A DNA stretch of 39,981 bases from Armatimonadota bacterium. GTDB taxonomy: Bacteria > Armatimonadota > Armatimonadia > Armatimonadales > Armatimonadaceae. The stretch covers positions 1 to 39,981 of the forward strand of contig JACMIU010000073.1 in NCBI GenBank assembly GCA_014380985.1. Direction: 5' to 3'. This document shows positions 18,292-27,594 of this stretch, in pieces. How positions within the stretch are numbered: position 1 is the first letter of the stretch; each line of letters begins with the position of its first letter. The notes under the pieces are model-generated. The model was given only the letters and a program-made list of their open reading frames with translations. It searched no databases and was not told where the DNA came from. The translations under genes were made by a program, and so were the position numbers.

Positions 18292-19116
18292 TTGGCGGTG
18301 ATGGCGGGCGCGGTGACATTGTTCGTCGCGCTCACTTTGCCCCTTCTCTCGTGGTGGTACTGGGAATACACCAAGCCCGACACCTACTACGGCTACGCTT
18401 TGTTTGTGCCGGTTCTCGCCGGGGTCATGCTCTGGCACAAGCGCGGCGACCTTCGCAAAACGCCGATTCGCGTTTTCAACCCCGCCTTGCTTCTTTTGAT
18501 CGCGTCGCTCACCCTGTTCGTTGTAGCGAGCAAGACCGATATGCAGGCGGTAATGTCCACCACCTTTTTGCTGTCGCTGATCTTCAGCATCTGGTTTGTA
18601 GCCGGCACGGCGTTTGTTCGTGCGGCGGGCTTTCCGCTCCTTTTTCTGTTTCTGATGGCTCCCCTGCCGGGCCCCCTTCTGAACGACGCGACGCTGGGAT
18701 TGCAACGCCTTTCTACGTCGGGCGCGGCTGTGATGCTCAAACTTATCGGGTTCGCGCCGCAGGTGCAGGGCAATGTCCTGAATCTGGGCAACTTCGTGAT
18801 GGAAGTGGACGTGCCTTGTTCCGGGTTCAAACTACTGCTTTGCTTGCTGACTTTCGGCGCGGCGTTCGCCTATCTGTCGGACACGACGCGGGTGCGCCAA
18901 TTCGCCTTGTTTGCCGCCGTGTTGCCGCTTAGCCTCGCGCTCAATGCGATTCGTATCACGCTCTTTGGTGTGGTTGGCGAGTGTTTGGGTGCGTCCGCCG
19001 CACACGCTTTCCACGATTGGAGCGGTTTTATCATGCTCGGACTGTGTATGGCTGCCCTGTTCGGCTTAGCGAAAGGACTCGGATGCAAAAACTTCGCCGG
19101 TCTGCCCTTGTTTTAG
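18292..19116 (+). CDS. Exosortase (EpsH/Xrt family, 8-TM transpeptidase)
   Basis: 274 aa, polytopic. Family landmarks in order: YYGYALFVPVL, LMAPLPGPL, catalytic-Cys context VDVPCSGFKLLL, Arg in LNAIRITL and His in FHDWSGF. Annotated from a TTG start. Confidence 0.85.
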   Translation: MAVMAGAVTLFVALTLPLLSWWYWEYTKPDTYYGYALFVPVLAGVMLWHKRGDLRKTPIRVFNPALLLLIASLTLFVVASKTDMQAVMSTTFLLSLIFSIWFVAGTAFVRAAGFPLLFLFLMAPLPGPLLNDATLGLQRLSTSGAAVMLKLIGFAPQVQGNVLNLGNFVMEVDVPCSGFKLLLCLLTFGAAFAYLSDTTRVRQFALFAAVLPLSLALNAIRITLFGVVGECLGASAAHAFHDWSGFIMLGLCMAALFGLAKGLGCKNFAGLPLF

Positions 19117-19760
19117 TCGGTGTTTTCGCTGCGACGCTCGCCGCGTCCGCCGCGTGGAATCCGCCGCCGCCCGCGCCCTTTGTGCCGATTGGCGAATCGG
19201 CGGTGCCGCGGGAACTCGTCGGTTATGCCGCTCCTGTCGATGGACAAAGCCCCGTGAGCGAGCAGGTTCGCACCGTGCTATCGTCCGCGAGTATCATCGC
19301 CCGTACCTACCTGCCCGCCGAACCTACCTCCGGCTCTTCCCCGGTCGAGTTTATTTTGATTGGCGGAACCGACCGCAGTGCCTTGCACGATCCGCGCTCC
19401 TGTTTAATCGGTTCGGGCTGGACGATTGAGAGCGACGCGGCAACCACGCTCCCCGGCGCGGTTCCGGCGCGGCGGTGTCGCATCGTCAACAATACCCTGC
19501 CCGAACGACCCGGCTACGAAATGGTTTATCTATATGTCGTGGACGGCGCGGTGATTGAGAGCGTCACGCAGATTCGCGCCCGTATGCTGGTCAGTGCTGT
19601 GTTGGGCAGAAAAAATACCCCGGTTTACTTTCTGCGCTTTATGCGCCCTATCACCGATGAGGAAACCGGCACGGACGGGGAACTTATGCGGTTCGCCGGG
19701 GCGATGTGGTACGAACTTGCCCTGACAAATCCAGCAGAAAAAATCGTCCGCGTACCGTAA
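19083..19760 (+). CDS. EpsI-family exosortase-associated protein
   Basis: Start at ATG 19083 (MQKLRRSALVLVGVFAATLAASAA, membrane anchor), overlapping the exosortase 3' end by 34 nt. It carries the EpsI-like motif LHDPRSCLIGSGWTI. The track ORF begins earlier, at 18981. Confidence 0.75.
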   Translation: MQKLRRSALVLVGVFAATLAASAAWNPPPPAPFVPIGESAVPRELVGYAAPVDGQSPVSEQVRTVLSSASIIARTYLPAEPTSGSSPVEFILIGGTDRSALHDPRSCLIGSGWTIESDAATTLPGAVPARRCRIVNNTLPERPGYEMVYLYVVDGAVIESVTQIRARMLVSAVLGRKNTPVYFLRFMRPITDEETGTDGELMRFAGAMWYELALTNPAEKIVRVP

Positions 19761-19772
19761 AGACACGCGGAC
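19746..19772. terminator. Bidirectional intrinsic-terminator-like hairpin between the convergent EPS operons
   Basis: gtccgcgt (19746-19753), an 11-nt loop containing the EpsI stop, then acgcggac (19765-19772). On the plus strand it is followed by GATTGATTTTG. On the minus strand it is followed by GATTTTTTCTG. Confidence 0.5.
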
Positions 19773-19792
19773 GATTGATTTTGCGAAACCCT

Positions 19793-22531
19793 CTATGGAA
19801 TCACCGGGAACGAGTTTAGCACCTCGAATCCCATGTTGTCCCAGTGCCGCTCGTCCGCGAACGGGCGATGATTGACCCAGTACGAATCGCCGGTTGGGTA
19901 GGCGATTGCTTCGCTTCGCTCCAAGCCGGTGTGATACACCTGATGCAGGAAATAGACTTTGGCGCGGGTGAATGGCAGAGTAACGCCGCCGGGGAATATC
20001 TTGTCCTTGACCAGTTTGCCTTCCTCCATGATCAGGAAGCGGTTGCGCGATAGGTATAAATCAAAGCGATGCCGCTTGTCAAGGTCTGCCGGAGAGCCGT
20101 TGAACGCCGGTAGGTCGCTCCAAACGATGTGGCGGCGTGACGGCGGTCCGAAACTGTCGGGCCCCACGCCGTTCGCTTGCTCAAAAAGCGGAACCGTGAT
20201 CAGTTTGCCCGCCGCGTCCTTGCCACGCACGATTTTACCGGTGTGTACATCTTTGAGTATCTGCCACAGAAACACCTGCCCGGACACGGTGGGAAGCAAG
20301 TTCTTCCCCTCAAAACCGTTGCCCGGATGCAGCAGGGTATCGTCTTCCCCGGCAATCAGAACATCGCACCAGCGGCGACCGCTAAAGTGTGCGTCCACCT
20401 CGAACGTAACATGAAGGACCTTATTTCCCGAAAAGTTCGCCACTGCGTTCGGCTCCATCACGAGCGAGGCATACGCCGTGTGTAGGGGACTACTCACGCC
20501 GGGGGTTCCACCGTCGTAAAGCGTGTCCATAAAGTGATTGCTCATCACGAAGGCACGGCTGTTTTTCTGGTCGCCGCGCACGTTATACAGCGTCCACTTA
20601 TCGTTTTTGACCGCCTGCACTTCGCCGGGATTGGCGGCAAGCATCGCAGGGGGAACCGACGCGGATACGAAAGCCTTGCTGTTTCGGAAGGTGTCGAAGA
20701 ACGCTTGCGCTCCGTGCAGTGTACGGGCGACCGGCGTCACCGTGGTAGGAGCCGACGACGCCAGCACGACCGGAATGTTCGACGGATCGCCCAAACCGTT
20801 GATCGCCATGCTGATATGTCCCTCGTGACCGACCGCACCGGGTCCCATCATGCCGTCCATCTTCTGAAACGGCCCCCACTTGTCCACCGCCTCCACTACT
20901 AACACGGCGGGAGTGCCGGGGGTCAGACCGTTCATTTCCGCGCTTAAGCCGCCGCCGCTATACTTATACGTGCCGGGCGTCGCCATATTGTAAACGCGGT
21001 AGTCAACCGCGCCGGGAACCGCGTCAAAGTACAGTATTACACTGTCATCATTTGGCACGACGCGCTTGATGATAACCTTTCCACCAGTAATCGGGGCGGC
21101 GGACACGCGCACCGTGACGGGAGCGGAACGCGCCCCCTCTGCCGCCACTTGAAACGGAAGATTGACCCCCGCGACCGTGTAGGTGGCGGTGTCACCGACC
21201 CGCACGGCGTTATCAAGCCATGTTTGCCCCCAAAGGTCGCGGGCAACCTTCACGCCGTTTTTATACACATCGAACGTGTAGGCGTTCGAGCCGCCCTGCC
21301 ACGCTAAAGAAACCCGTGGCGAACCGGCATTCCACTGCGTCGCGGCGGTAAGTGTATGCGGCGCGAGCGGCAGACGCGGCACCCAATTCGGCGGGCTGGA
21401 AGGGTTTAATCCTCCCTGTGCGCCCACGGTGTTGCTCGGAAGCGTTTCTGCGCCGCCAGCGTCCACAGCGGTCACGGTATAGGTCATACCCTTGACATAC
21501 TTGCTGGCGGGAACGGTGTATGTCGGGCGGGTCACGCCGGTTCCGATTAATGTGTCGTACTGGTAGATGTTGTAGGATGCCGCGCCGGTGACTGCGTCCC
21601 ATGTCAGGGCATCGGAAGGAGCGTTCGCGCCTGCGTCCCAGATTCCCGCGATGCGCAGGTTGTTAGGAGCCGTTTTTCCCGTTGACGCGACCGGGGCGAA
21701 AGGTGCGGTTCCCTGTGCCGGTGCGCTTTTCGGACTTTCGCGCCCGTCTGCGGCGACGCCGGTAACCCGGTAAATATAAGTTTGCCCCGATAGGACGGAC
21801 ATATCTTCCCAGTTGGTCGTGGTAACGCCGGTTTTGATGCGAACCTCGTCACGGTATACGTTGAACTTCGTCAAAGGGACGCCGGTCGTCGGACGCGCCC
21901 AAGAAAGCGCGATATGCGCCATCGCCTGCCCGTTGCAACAAGAGTTGCTCCACGCGCCGAGCGCGGTGAGGTTCACTGGAGCGGTGGGAGCCGACGTATC
22001 GGTGGTGACGGGAACGGAAAACAGGCGATTACTCGGAACTACTTGCCGACTTTGACCGGGATATTGCCAGAACAACCGGGCGATGGCGTCGCCAGTGTAT
22101 TCGCGGTATTCGATGCGAATATCGTAGCGGCGTCCGGCTTGCAATGTGATGGAGCGACCGAAAAATACAATCTCATACTGGTTTTGTGGAATGTCTAACA
22201 ACAGTTGGTTGTCTACATAAACACGCACAATATCATCCACGCGAGTGGAGAACGTATACGTGCCGCTTACCGGTGCTTCGATCTGTCCCGACCACTTCAC
22301 GCGGAAATTATCCGCCGCGATGCCGGGTGCGGGGGACTGGCTTCCCCATGTGAAATCAATCGCGGGGTCGGTACGCCGCACGGTGGTCGTACCGGAGGAA
22401 TACTCGCCGAGTAATCCGTTCACCATGCCACTTTGGGCAAAACTATTGCTTGAAAAACATACCATGATTGCATTGATAGCAACCAAACTAATTAGGGAAG
22501 CGGGACGCTTGGGGCAAACTGTCCATCGCAT
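19793..22531 (-). CDS. Large secreted protein: PA14 domain + about four FN3-like modules + about 350-aa C-terminal domain of unknown family
   Basis: 912 aa. Signal peptide ...MVCFSSNSFAQ. The PA14 pattern reads GLLGEYSSGTT...IDFTWGSQSPAPGIAADNFRVKWSGQIEAPVSGTYTFSTRVDDIVRVYVDNQLLLD. FN3-like repeats are shown by LSWARP...YIYRVTGVAADGRES, LTWDAV.GAASYNIY...YTVTAVDAGGAE, LAWQGG...YTVAGVN and YRVYNM. The C-terminal region has no motif I can place. Confidence 0.85.
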   Translation of the reverse strand: MRWTVCPKRPASLISLVAINAIMVCFSSNSFAQSGMVNGLLGEYSSGTTTVRRTDPAIDFTWGSQSPAPGIAADNFRVKWSGQIEAPVSGTYTFSTRVDDIVRVYVDNQLLLDIPQNQYEIVFFGRSITLQAGRRYDIRIEYREYTGDAIARLFWQYPGQSRQVVPSNRLFSVPVTTDTSAPTAPVNLTALGAWSNSCCNGQAMAHIALSWARPTTGVPLTKFNVYRDEVRIKTGVTTTNWEDMSVLSGQTYIYRVTGVAADGRESPKSAPAQGTAPFAPVASTGKTAPNNLRIAGIWDAGANAPSDALTWDAVTGAASYNIYQYDTLIGTGVTRPTYTVPASKYVKGMTYTVTAVDAGGAETLPSNTVGAQGGLNPSSPPNWVPRLPLAPHTLTAATQWNAGSPRVSLAWQGGSNAYTFDVYKNGVKVARDLWGQTWLDNAVRVGDTATYTVAGVNLPFQVAAEGARSAPVTVRVSAAPITGGKVIIKRVVPNDDSVILYFDAVPGAVDYRVYNMATPGTYKYSGGGLSAEMNGLTPGTPAVLVVEAVDKWGPFQKMDGMMGPGAVGHEGHISMAINGLGDPSNIPVVLASSAPTTVTPVARTLHGAQAFFDTFRNSKAFVSASVPPAMLAANPGEVQAVKNDKWTLYNVRGDQKNSRAFVMSNHFMDTLYDGGTPGVSSPLHTAYASLVMEPNAVANFSGNKVLHVTFEVDAHFSGRRWCDVLIAGEDDTLLHPGNGFEGKNLLPTVSGQVFLWQILKDVHTGKIVRGKDAAGKLITVPLFEQANGVGPDSFGPPSRRHIVWSDLPAFNGSPADLDKRHRFDLYLSRNRFLIMEEGKLVKDKIFPGGVTLPFTRAKVYFLHQVYHTGLERSEAIAYPTGDSYWVNHRPFADERHWDNMGFEVLNSFPVIP

Positions 22532-22774
22532 AGGGGGGTAACCTTCTTGTAACAGGATTTATTCAATCAGGATGACTAACGTTTCTCAAACGCTTGTTTT
22601 TCCATGTTTGAACAAAAGGATTATCGGGTACTGTAGATAGTTTCACTACATCGAATTACCGGGTTCTTGAAAAACCCGGTATAGATAAGAGTATGCAAGG
22701 CGGTACATGGCCCTCCTCAACCGAAGAAGGAGCGAAGAAAAAGGGGGGGTGGCTCTTGAATACGGCACGACAAA

Positions 22775-23356
22775 TCAGTCAGGAAGTGTGCGAATGACCC
22801 GTGCTGGAACCCCGCCGACAACTGTGTGTGGCGGCACGTTGCGGGTGACGACCGCACCCGCGCCAACTACCGCGCCGCGTCCGACCGTGATACCCGGTAA
22901 CAAAGTCACGTTCGCGCCGATCCATGCCCCGGACTCAATTTTGACCGGAGCCGGTCGGTGTCCGCCCGCACGACGGTCGGGATTGCCGATGTCATGTCCG
23001 GTGGTAATAATTACCACGTGATGCCCGACGGAAACGCAGTCGCCAATCGTTATCGGCGCGGTGGCGTCGAAATGAAGCGGGGCATTCAAGCAACATCGTT
23101 CGCCGATGGTAATACGTGCTTTAATGCCGCGCCCACAGGAAAACGTCGCCGGTCCGTGAAACACGGTTCCCTGCCCAACTTGCACGCCCAGAGCGTGATA
23201 CAGACGCGCCCGAAGGCGGCTTCCGGTTCCGGTAGGCAGAAGCCGACCGAGGATATTTGCCAGCCACAACAGTGGTGCGGCGGGCGTGGTTTCTTCGCGG
23301 GCGACATCGGCTAAATGGCGTAACTGCGCGGCGGCGGGTGCATTCGAGATAAACAT
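22775..23356 (-). CDS. Hexapeptide-repeat (LbH) O-acetyltransferase, WcaF/maltose-acetyltransferase-like
   Basis: IESGAWIGANVTLLPGITVGRGAVVGAGAVVTRNVPPHTVVGGVPARVI, with upstream hexapeptide turns. Confidence 0.85.
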   Translation of the reverse strand: MFISNAPAAAQLRHLADVAREETTPAAPLLWLANILGRLLPTGTGSRLRARLYHALGVQVGQGTVFHGPATFSCGRGIKARITIGERCCLNAPLHFDATAPITIGDCVSVGHHVVIITTGHDIGNPDRRAGGHRPAPVKIESGAWIGANVTLLPGITVGRGAVVGAGAVVTRNVPPHTVVGGVPARVIRTLPD

Positions 23357-23415
23357 GGATTCTTCTCCTTTGATGGCGAGATAGATGGCGGGAAAGCTGC
23401 TTTCCCATGAGTTGA

Positions 23416-24360
23416 TTAAGCCTTCGCTTTGACGGGCGTGTCGGCGGCGATATAGAGACGGTGCGAAATATCCACCATGTAGCCCCGACTACGCCTCAGT
23501 CCGTCGCGGAAACCTTTCAGATACGACCACTGATCGGCGGCGGCTCTGCCGCAAATCGCCCGTACCACGCCGCGCAGAAGGCTACGCACTATCTTTTTCC
23601 AGATGGTTTGCCGCGCCCACCCATCGCCGCACCGGGCGTGTTTGCTATAGAACGCCGCGTCGCCTTGACCGTAGGAGCACAGTACGTCTTTCCAGCGGTC
23701 ACGGGTGCGAAACGACTTATGTATCACGGTAAGCGTCGGCTCGGCGACGATCTTTAGCCCCGCCGTTTGTGCGCGGTAGGTGAAATCGAAGTCTTCGCCG
23801 CCTCCGAACGCCCCGCCCGCCCCCAGCACGACATCGTACTTGCCAATCACGGAAATAATCTGTTTGCGGAAAGCCATATTTGCCGCCATACCGAATATAG
23901 TGCCCTTTTTTATTTCGCGGTGCGTGTCAAAATGCAGACACGGAACCACCAAAGAGGGATCACCTACGTACTCATCGGGCATCAAGACCTGCCCGTACAG
24001 CATCATGAGTTTCGGGTCGGCGAGAAAAAGCGCGGCGATTTTCGCCACCCAATCCGTGGGAACCCAACAATCGTCGTCAGTGAAGGCGACGACTTCGCCA
24101 GTCGCTTCCGCGAGTGCTACATTGCGGGCGAATCCTAATCCGCGTGTATCGGTGCGGATATAGCGAACCGCGACGCGCCCGCCGCATTCCACTTGGCATT
24201 GTTCGACAATTTTGCGCGTGTCGTCGTTGTCGCTTTGATCCACCACTGACACGGTGAAAGAACCGTAATCGTTGGCAAGCACGCTCCGCAGGGCGTGAAT
24301 CAGTTCGTCGGCGCGGTTGCGCGTACAGATAAGTACCGAAACCAATGGGGTAAGTTGCAT
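23416..24360 (-). CDS. Glycosyltransferase, GT2 family
   Basis: MQLTPLVSVLICTRNRADELIHALRSVL...VSVVDQSDNDDT...VVAFTDDDCWV (DxD). Confidence 0.85.
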   Translation of the reverse strand: MQLTPLVSVLICTRNRADELIHALRSVLANDYGSFTVSVVDQSDNDDTRKIVEQCQVECGGRVAVRYIRTDTRGLGFARNVALAEATGEVVAFTDDDCWVPTDWVAKIAALFLADPKLMMLYGQVLMPDEYVGDPSLVVPCLHFDTHREIKKGTIFGMAANMAFRKQIISVIGKYDVVLGAGGAFGGGEDFDFTYRAQTAGLKIVAEPTLTVIHKSFRTRDRWKDVLCSYGQGDAAFYSKHARCGDGWARQTIWKKIVRSLLRGVVRAICGRAAADQWSYLKGFRDGLRRSRGYMVDISHRLYIAADTPVKAKA

Positions 24361-24363
24361 CGT

Positions 24364-25770
24364 TTATATAGCCTCCTTGAGTTTGCTCGGTGATAAGGGG
24401 GTGTCGTGCCGCGTTTGTAGCACGGCATCGTGTCGCGCCACAGGCGGGGACGCGAGTTCCGGTAAAAGGGCGCGGGCATAATGAATTAGCAGAAACGCTT
24501 CGAGAACTGCGTCGGCGGCTATCGCCCCGAACGCCCCGTTTTGCAGAAATCGCTCGCCCGCCCAGATACAAACGCCACAAACGGGAAACGCCAGCAGGGC
24601 GGCGATTCCGGTGACTTTGGCGAAAACCGCCTGTTTTCCCGCCGCGATAAGCGCGGTTCCGACCCCCTGCTGAAGAAACCAGAGAACGATCACGCATCCC
24701 ATCAGCCGAAGCACCGGGATACTTCCGGCGAATCCCACCGGGTAGCGCAGTAGGCGTAGCAACGCTTCAGGAAAAATAATCAGTGTCAGTGCGACGGGAG
24801 CCGCACAAACGAGCAGAAGCGTGACCATGCGGCGCACCGCTTGCGCGTAGTCGGTGCGGTTCCCGGCGTGATAAAGGCGCGTCAGAATCGGTAGCATCGC
24901 CCCGGCGACCGCCACGGGAATCATCTGCGCCGCTCCGGCAAATCGCTTGGCGAGACCGAACCAGCCGATAGATTCCAGCGTGGAAAGTTTAGACATCAGC
25001 AGTGCCGACGAGCCATCTCCGTAGATCGAAACAAACAGCATAGCGGATAGAAACGGCAACCCGGCGAGAGCAAGCGAGCGCAGTTCGCCGCGAGAAGCGG
25101 GAAGCGCGACATCGTTTGCCCTATCCCTGTCTGCCGCGCCCTCCGTTGTCGCCTTCATCAGGGTCACGGGCAGAACTTGCCGCACTGCTCGCCATGACAA
25201 CGCCGCCCCTATCAGTGTCACAGGCAGGTACACAGCGACAAACGACCAGAGCGGGGCGCGGGCAAATATCAAAGCGACCGTTAAAACCGACAGCACTATT
25301 TTTTCCACCAGCGATGCCACGTTTTGTTTCGGGAACTCTTCCAAGCCGCGTAGCACCGCCGCGAGCGATTCGGCGGTTTGTCCGGCGATGGTAGTAATTA
25401 GGGCGAGCAGAATCACCAGACGCACTTCGCCCGTGTAGCCGAGGATAAATGTCGCCGCTGTGCCGAGCGTCAGCACTATGAGTCCCATCAGCGAGCGAAG
25501 CACCACGGCGGTACGTAGCAGAGCGGTGGCACGCTCCGGGGCTTGCGCGATTTCGCGCACCAGTACGGTGGAGGTTCCGAAGCCGACGAAAACGCTTAGT
25601 AGCCCGGCGAATGCCCCAGCAAGCGTGAGAACGCCGAGGTTTTTTTCACCGAGGTACGCGGGCAAAAACAGTGTTACCGCGAGCGTGATCGCCCAAGAAA
25701 GCCCCTGCGTCACAAGTGTCGAGCCGATGTTGCGCCCGGATTTGCCGGGTAGAAGGGTGGACAGGTTCAT
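24364..25770 (-). CDS. Wzx-type oligosaccharide flippase (MOP/polysaccharide biosynthesis protein family)
   Basis: 468 aa with about 12-14 predicted TM helices throughout. It sits between a GT2 gene and a Wzy-like gene, and its start forms an ATGA overlap with the upstream gene's stop. Confidence 0.8.
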   Translation of the reverse strand: MNLSTLLPGKSGRNIGSTLVTQGLSWAITLAVTLFLPAYLGEKNLGVLTLAGAFAGLLSVFVGFGTSTVLVREIAQAPERATALLRTAVVLRSLMGLIVLTLGTAATFILGYTGEVRLVILLALITTIAGQTAESLAAVLRGLEEFPKQNVASLVEKIVLSVLTVALIFARAPLWSFVAVYLPVTLIGAALSWRAVRQVLPVTLMKATTEGAADRDRANDVALPASRGELRSLALAGLPFLSAMLFVSIYGDGSSALLMSKLSTLESIGWFGLAKRFAGAAQMIPVAVAGAMLPILTRLYHAGNRTDYAQAVRRMVTLLLVCAAPVALTLIIFPEALLRLLRYPVGFAGSIPVLRLMGCVIVLWFLQQGVGTALIAAGKQAVFAKVTGIAALLAFPVCGVCIWAGERFLQNGAFGAIAADAVLEAFLLIHYARALLPELASPPVARHDAVLQTRHDTPLSPSKLKEAI

Positions 25771-27293
25771 CGGGAACCTTTCGTGCTTGCGGCGGGCAGA
25801 GGGGTATAAACCCCGGCGAGCGAGCCGAGCCAGATTCCTGCGAACAGCATGGAACGGTAATTCGAGAGTTGCATATCATACAAACCGAACACGAGCAGCG
25901 CGACAAGCACACCCAAGCAAAACACGCCATGCGTGCGGATGAGAACAGGAACATCTTCGCTTCGTGCCGCCCGGCAACACAGGATAATCGCGGCGCACAC
26001 CATCACCCAAAACGCGACGAAACCGACCGTGCCGACGCGCATCCAGACCCACAGAATCTGGTTGTGCGGCAACAAATCCCACCACTCGTAGGTGTCGCTA
26101 ATATCGGCAATCGGAACCACGTGAAGCATTCGCTTGCCGTAGCCGTAGCCTTGCACCGGGGCAAGCCGAATCGTCGCCATCTGGTTAGCGTTCTCGGCAT
26201 CGCGGTAGATATTCGAGGACGCATCGCGGGCATCCGGCTCGAAGTTCGAGCGAATCGCACGGGCGGGCTGGGCAATAGCGGCTTCGCTGTTTTTGAAAGC
26301 CCCGTAATATAAAGGTCCAAAGCAAGCGATGGCGAGTCCGAACGCCGCGATACCCCGGCGGCAGTGTGGGAACGCCCGGTAGGCGGCGAGAAGCAACATT
26401 GGTAAGGCAATCAGTAGTGCGGCGGTTCCGGCGCGGCGGTTGGTGGCAAGATTTCCGGCTACAATAAGAGGCAGGTTCAGCCACAGAAACGTGCGTAGAG
26501 GGCGGTACGACGGATCGTTGGCGAGCGATAGCACGAAAAGTAGTATTCCAAAGGCGCAGAAAAAGAACGCTTCCTCGTGCGAGCCGACCCCCTGATCCGG
26601 GAGCGGTTGCCCGCCGAGAGTGACATAGCGGCGATACGTATACAAAAGCCCTTTCAGGCTAACGCACAGTGCCATAACCCAGTACAGAACCATCAGTTGT
26701 TTCGGCTCGCGTGTCAGGTGCAGAGCGACAAAATAACCGACGACAAAATAGAACTGGGCGCGTACCTCTTGAAGCGATAGTTTGAAATCGCCGCCGGTCG
26801 CCATGCCGTTCATCCAACCCCACAGCACGAAAAACAGATATAAAAGCACCGGCACGAGCAGGATTCCCCCGCGTAGGCGCAGACTTTTGGTGAAGGTGGC
26901 ACGCACCAGAGAGAAGGCTCCGGCGACGATTAACACCACTTCCGCCAAGTTGAGTGGAATCGCCTTAAAGTCTACGTGGGCATACACTTGAAAAATCGTG
27001 TTCACGTTCCAAAAGAACGGAACGCGCTCGGTGAGAGAGTCGGCGTACTCGGACGGAAACAGTTCAAATAAACAAACCGATGCAAATACAATATGCAAGA
27101 CGGCTTTTGTCGAATACCACAGCACCATCGGAATCAGCAGAAGCAGGATCAAAATTGCCGGTAGCAGGGCACTATCAAGTCCGAACGCGGTGTACGCCGC
27201 GCCGAGAAGCACGGTCAGCGCGGCGGAACCGACCAGAAAGGTGCGTTCGCGCCGCTTGGTATCCCCGGCGAGGGTGGCGATGTTTAACGGCAT
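25767..27293 (-). CDS. Wzy / O-antigen-ligase-like polymerase (polytopic membrane protein)
   Basis: 508 aa, highly hydrophobic, with a larger loop region (NSEAAIAQPARAIRSNFEPDARDASSNIYRDAENANQ...) typical of the Wzy_C family. The call rests on topology and context, not on a strict motif. Confidence 0.7.
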   Translation of the reverse strand: MPLNIATLAGDTKRRERTFLVGSAALTVLLGAAYTAFGLDSALLPAILILLLLIPMVLWYSTKAVLHIVFASVCLFELFPSEYADSLTERVPFFWNVNTIFQVYAHVDFKAIPLNLAEVVLIVAGAFSLVRATFTKSLRLRGGILLVPVLLYLFFVLWGWMNGMATGGDFKLSLQEVRAQFYFVVGYFVALHLTREPKQLMVLYWVMALCVSLKGLLYTYRRYVTLGGQPLPDQGVGSHEEAFFFCAFGILLFVLSLANDPSYRPLRTFLWLNLPLIVAGNLATNRRAGTAALLIALPMLLLAAYRAFPHCRRGIAAFGLAIACFGPLYYGAFKNSEAAIAQPARAIRSNFEPDARDASSNIYRDAENANQMATIRLAPVQGYGYGKRMLHVVPIADISDTYEWWDLLPHNQILWVWMRVGTVGFVAFWVMVCAAIILCCRAARSEDVPVLIRTHGVFCLGVLVALLVFGLYDMQLSNYRSMLFAGIWLGSLAGVYTPLPAASTKGSR

Positions 27294-27399
27294 AGCGTCC
27301 CCGCTTCGTCAAGGGGCGACACCGAACACGCCGCTACGGTAGCGGTTCTTGCGTGGTTTTCCCCGACGAGTCGCGTATTGTCGGTAGCGCGTGATAATA

Positions 27400-27534
27400 T
27401 CATGACTTAAAAAAGTTATAAAGAACGACCAGCAGAATCCAAGCGGTCAGCCCCGCCCAAAGCCGGGGCGTCATGCGCGGCGCGAGCAAGCCGAGGGCGA
27501 GCGCGGCAAGCACGATGGGTAGCATGATATTCAT
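27400..27534 (-). CDS. Possible 44-aa two-helix membrane mini-protein (below the ORF-track cutoff)
   Basis: My reverse-strand translation gives MNIMLPIVLAALALGLLAPRMTPRLWAGLTAWILLVVLYNFFKS followed by TGA. It fills most of the 300-nt gap between the ATPase and polymerase genes. There is no clear SD. Confidence 0.3.
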   Translation of the reverse strand: MNIMLPIVLAALALGLLAPRMTPRLWAGLTAWILLVVLYNFFKS

Positions 27535-27594
27535 GACGACATCACTTTCGGGTTTTTCGCGGGCGCAGGGCGAGGCACCAAGAAAGAACGCACT

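Noticed and set aside
22657-22681. 9-bp perfect hairpin taccgggtt-cttgaaa-aacccggta as the terminator of the acetyltransferase gene
   Set aside because: The stem exists, but it is not followed by a U-tract on either strand. It also lies inside an operon that probably reads through to the PA14 gene. I did not annotate it as a terminator.
22743-22749. G7 homopolymer (after an A-rich run) upstream of the PA14 gene as a possible phase-variation tract
   Set aside because: It is only 7 nt long, about 210 nt from the start codon, and not positioned between -35 and -10 elements that I can identify. That is too weak to call.
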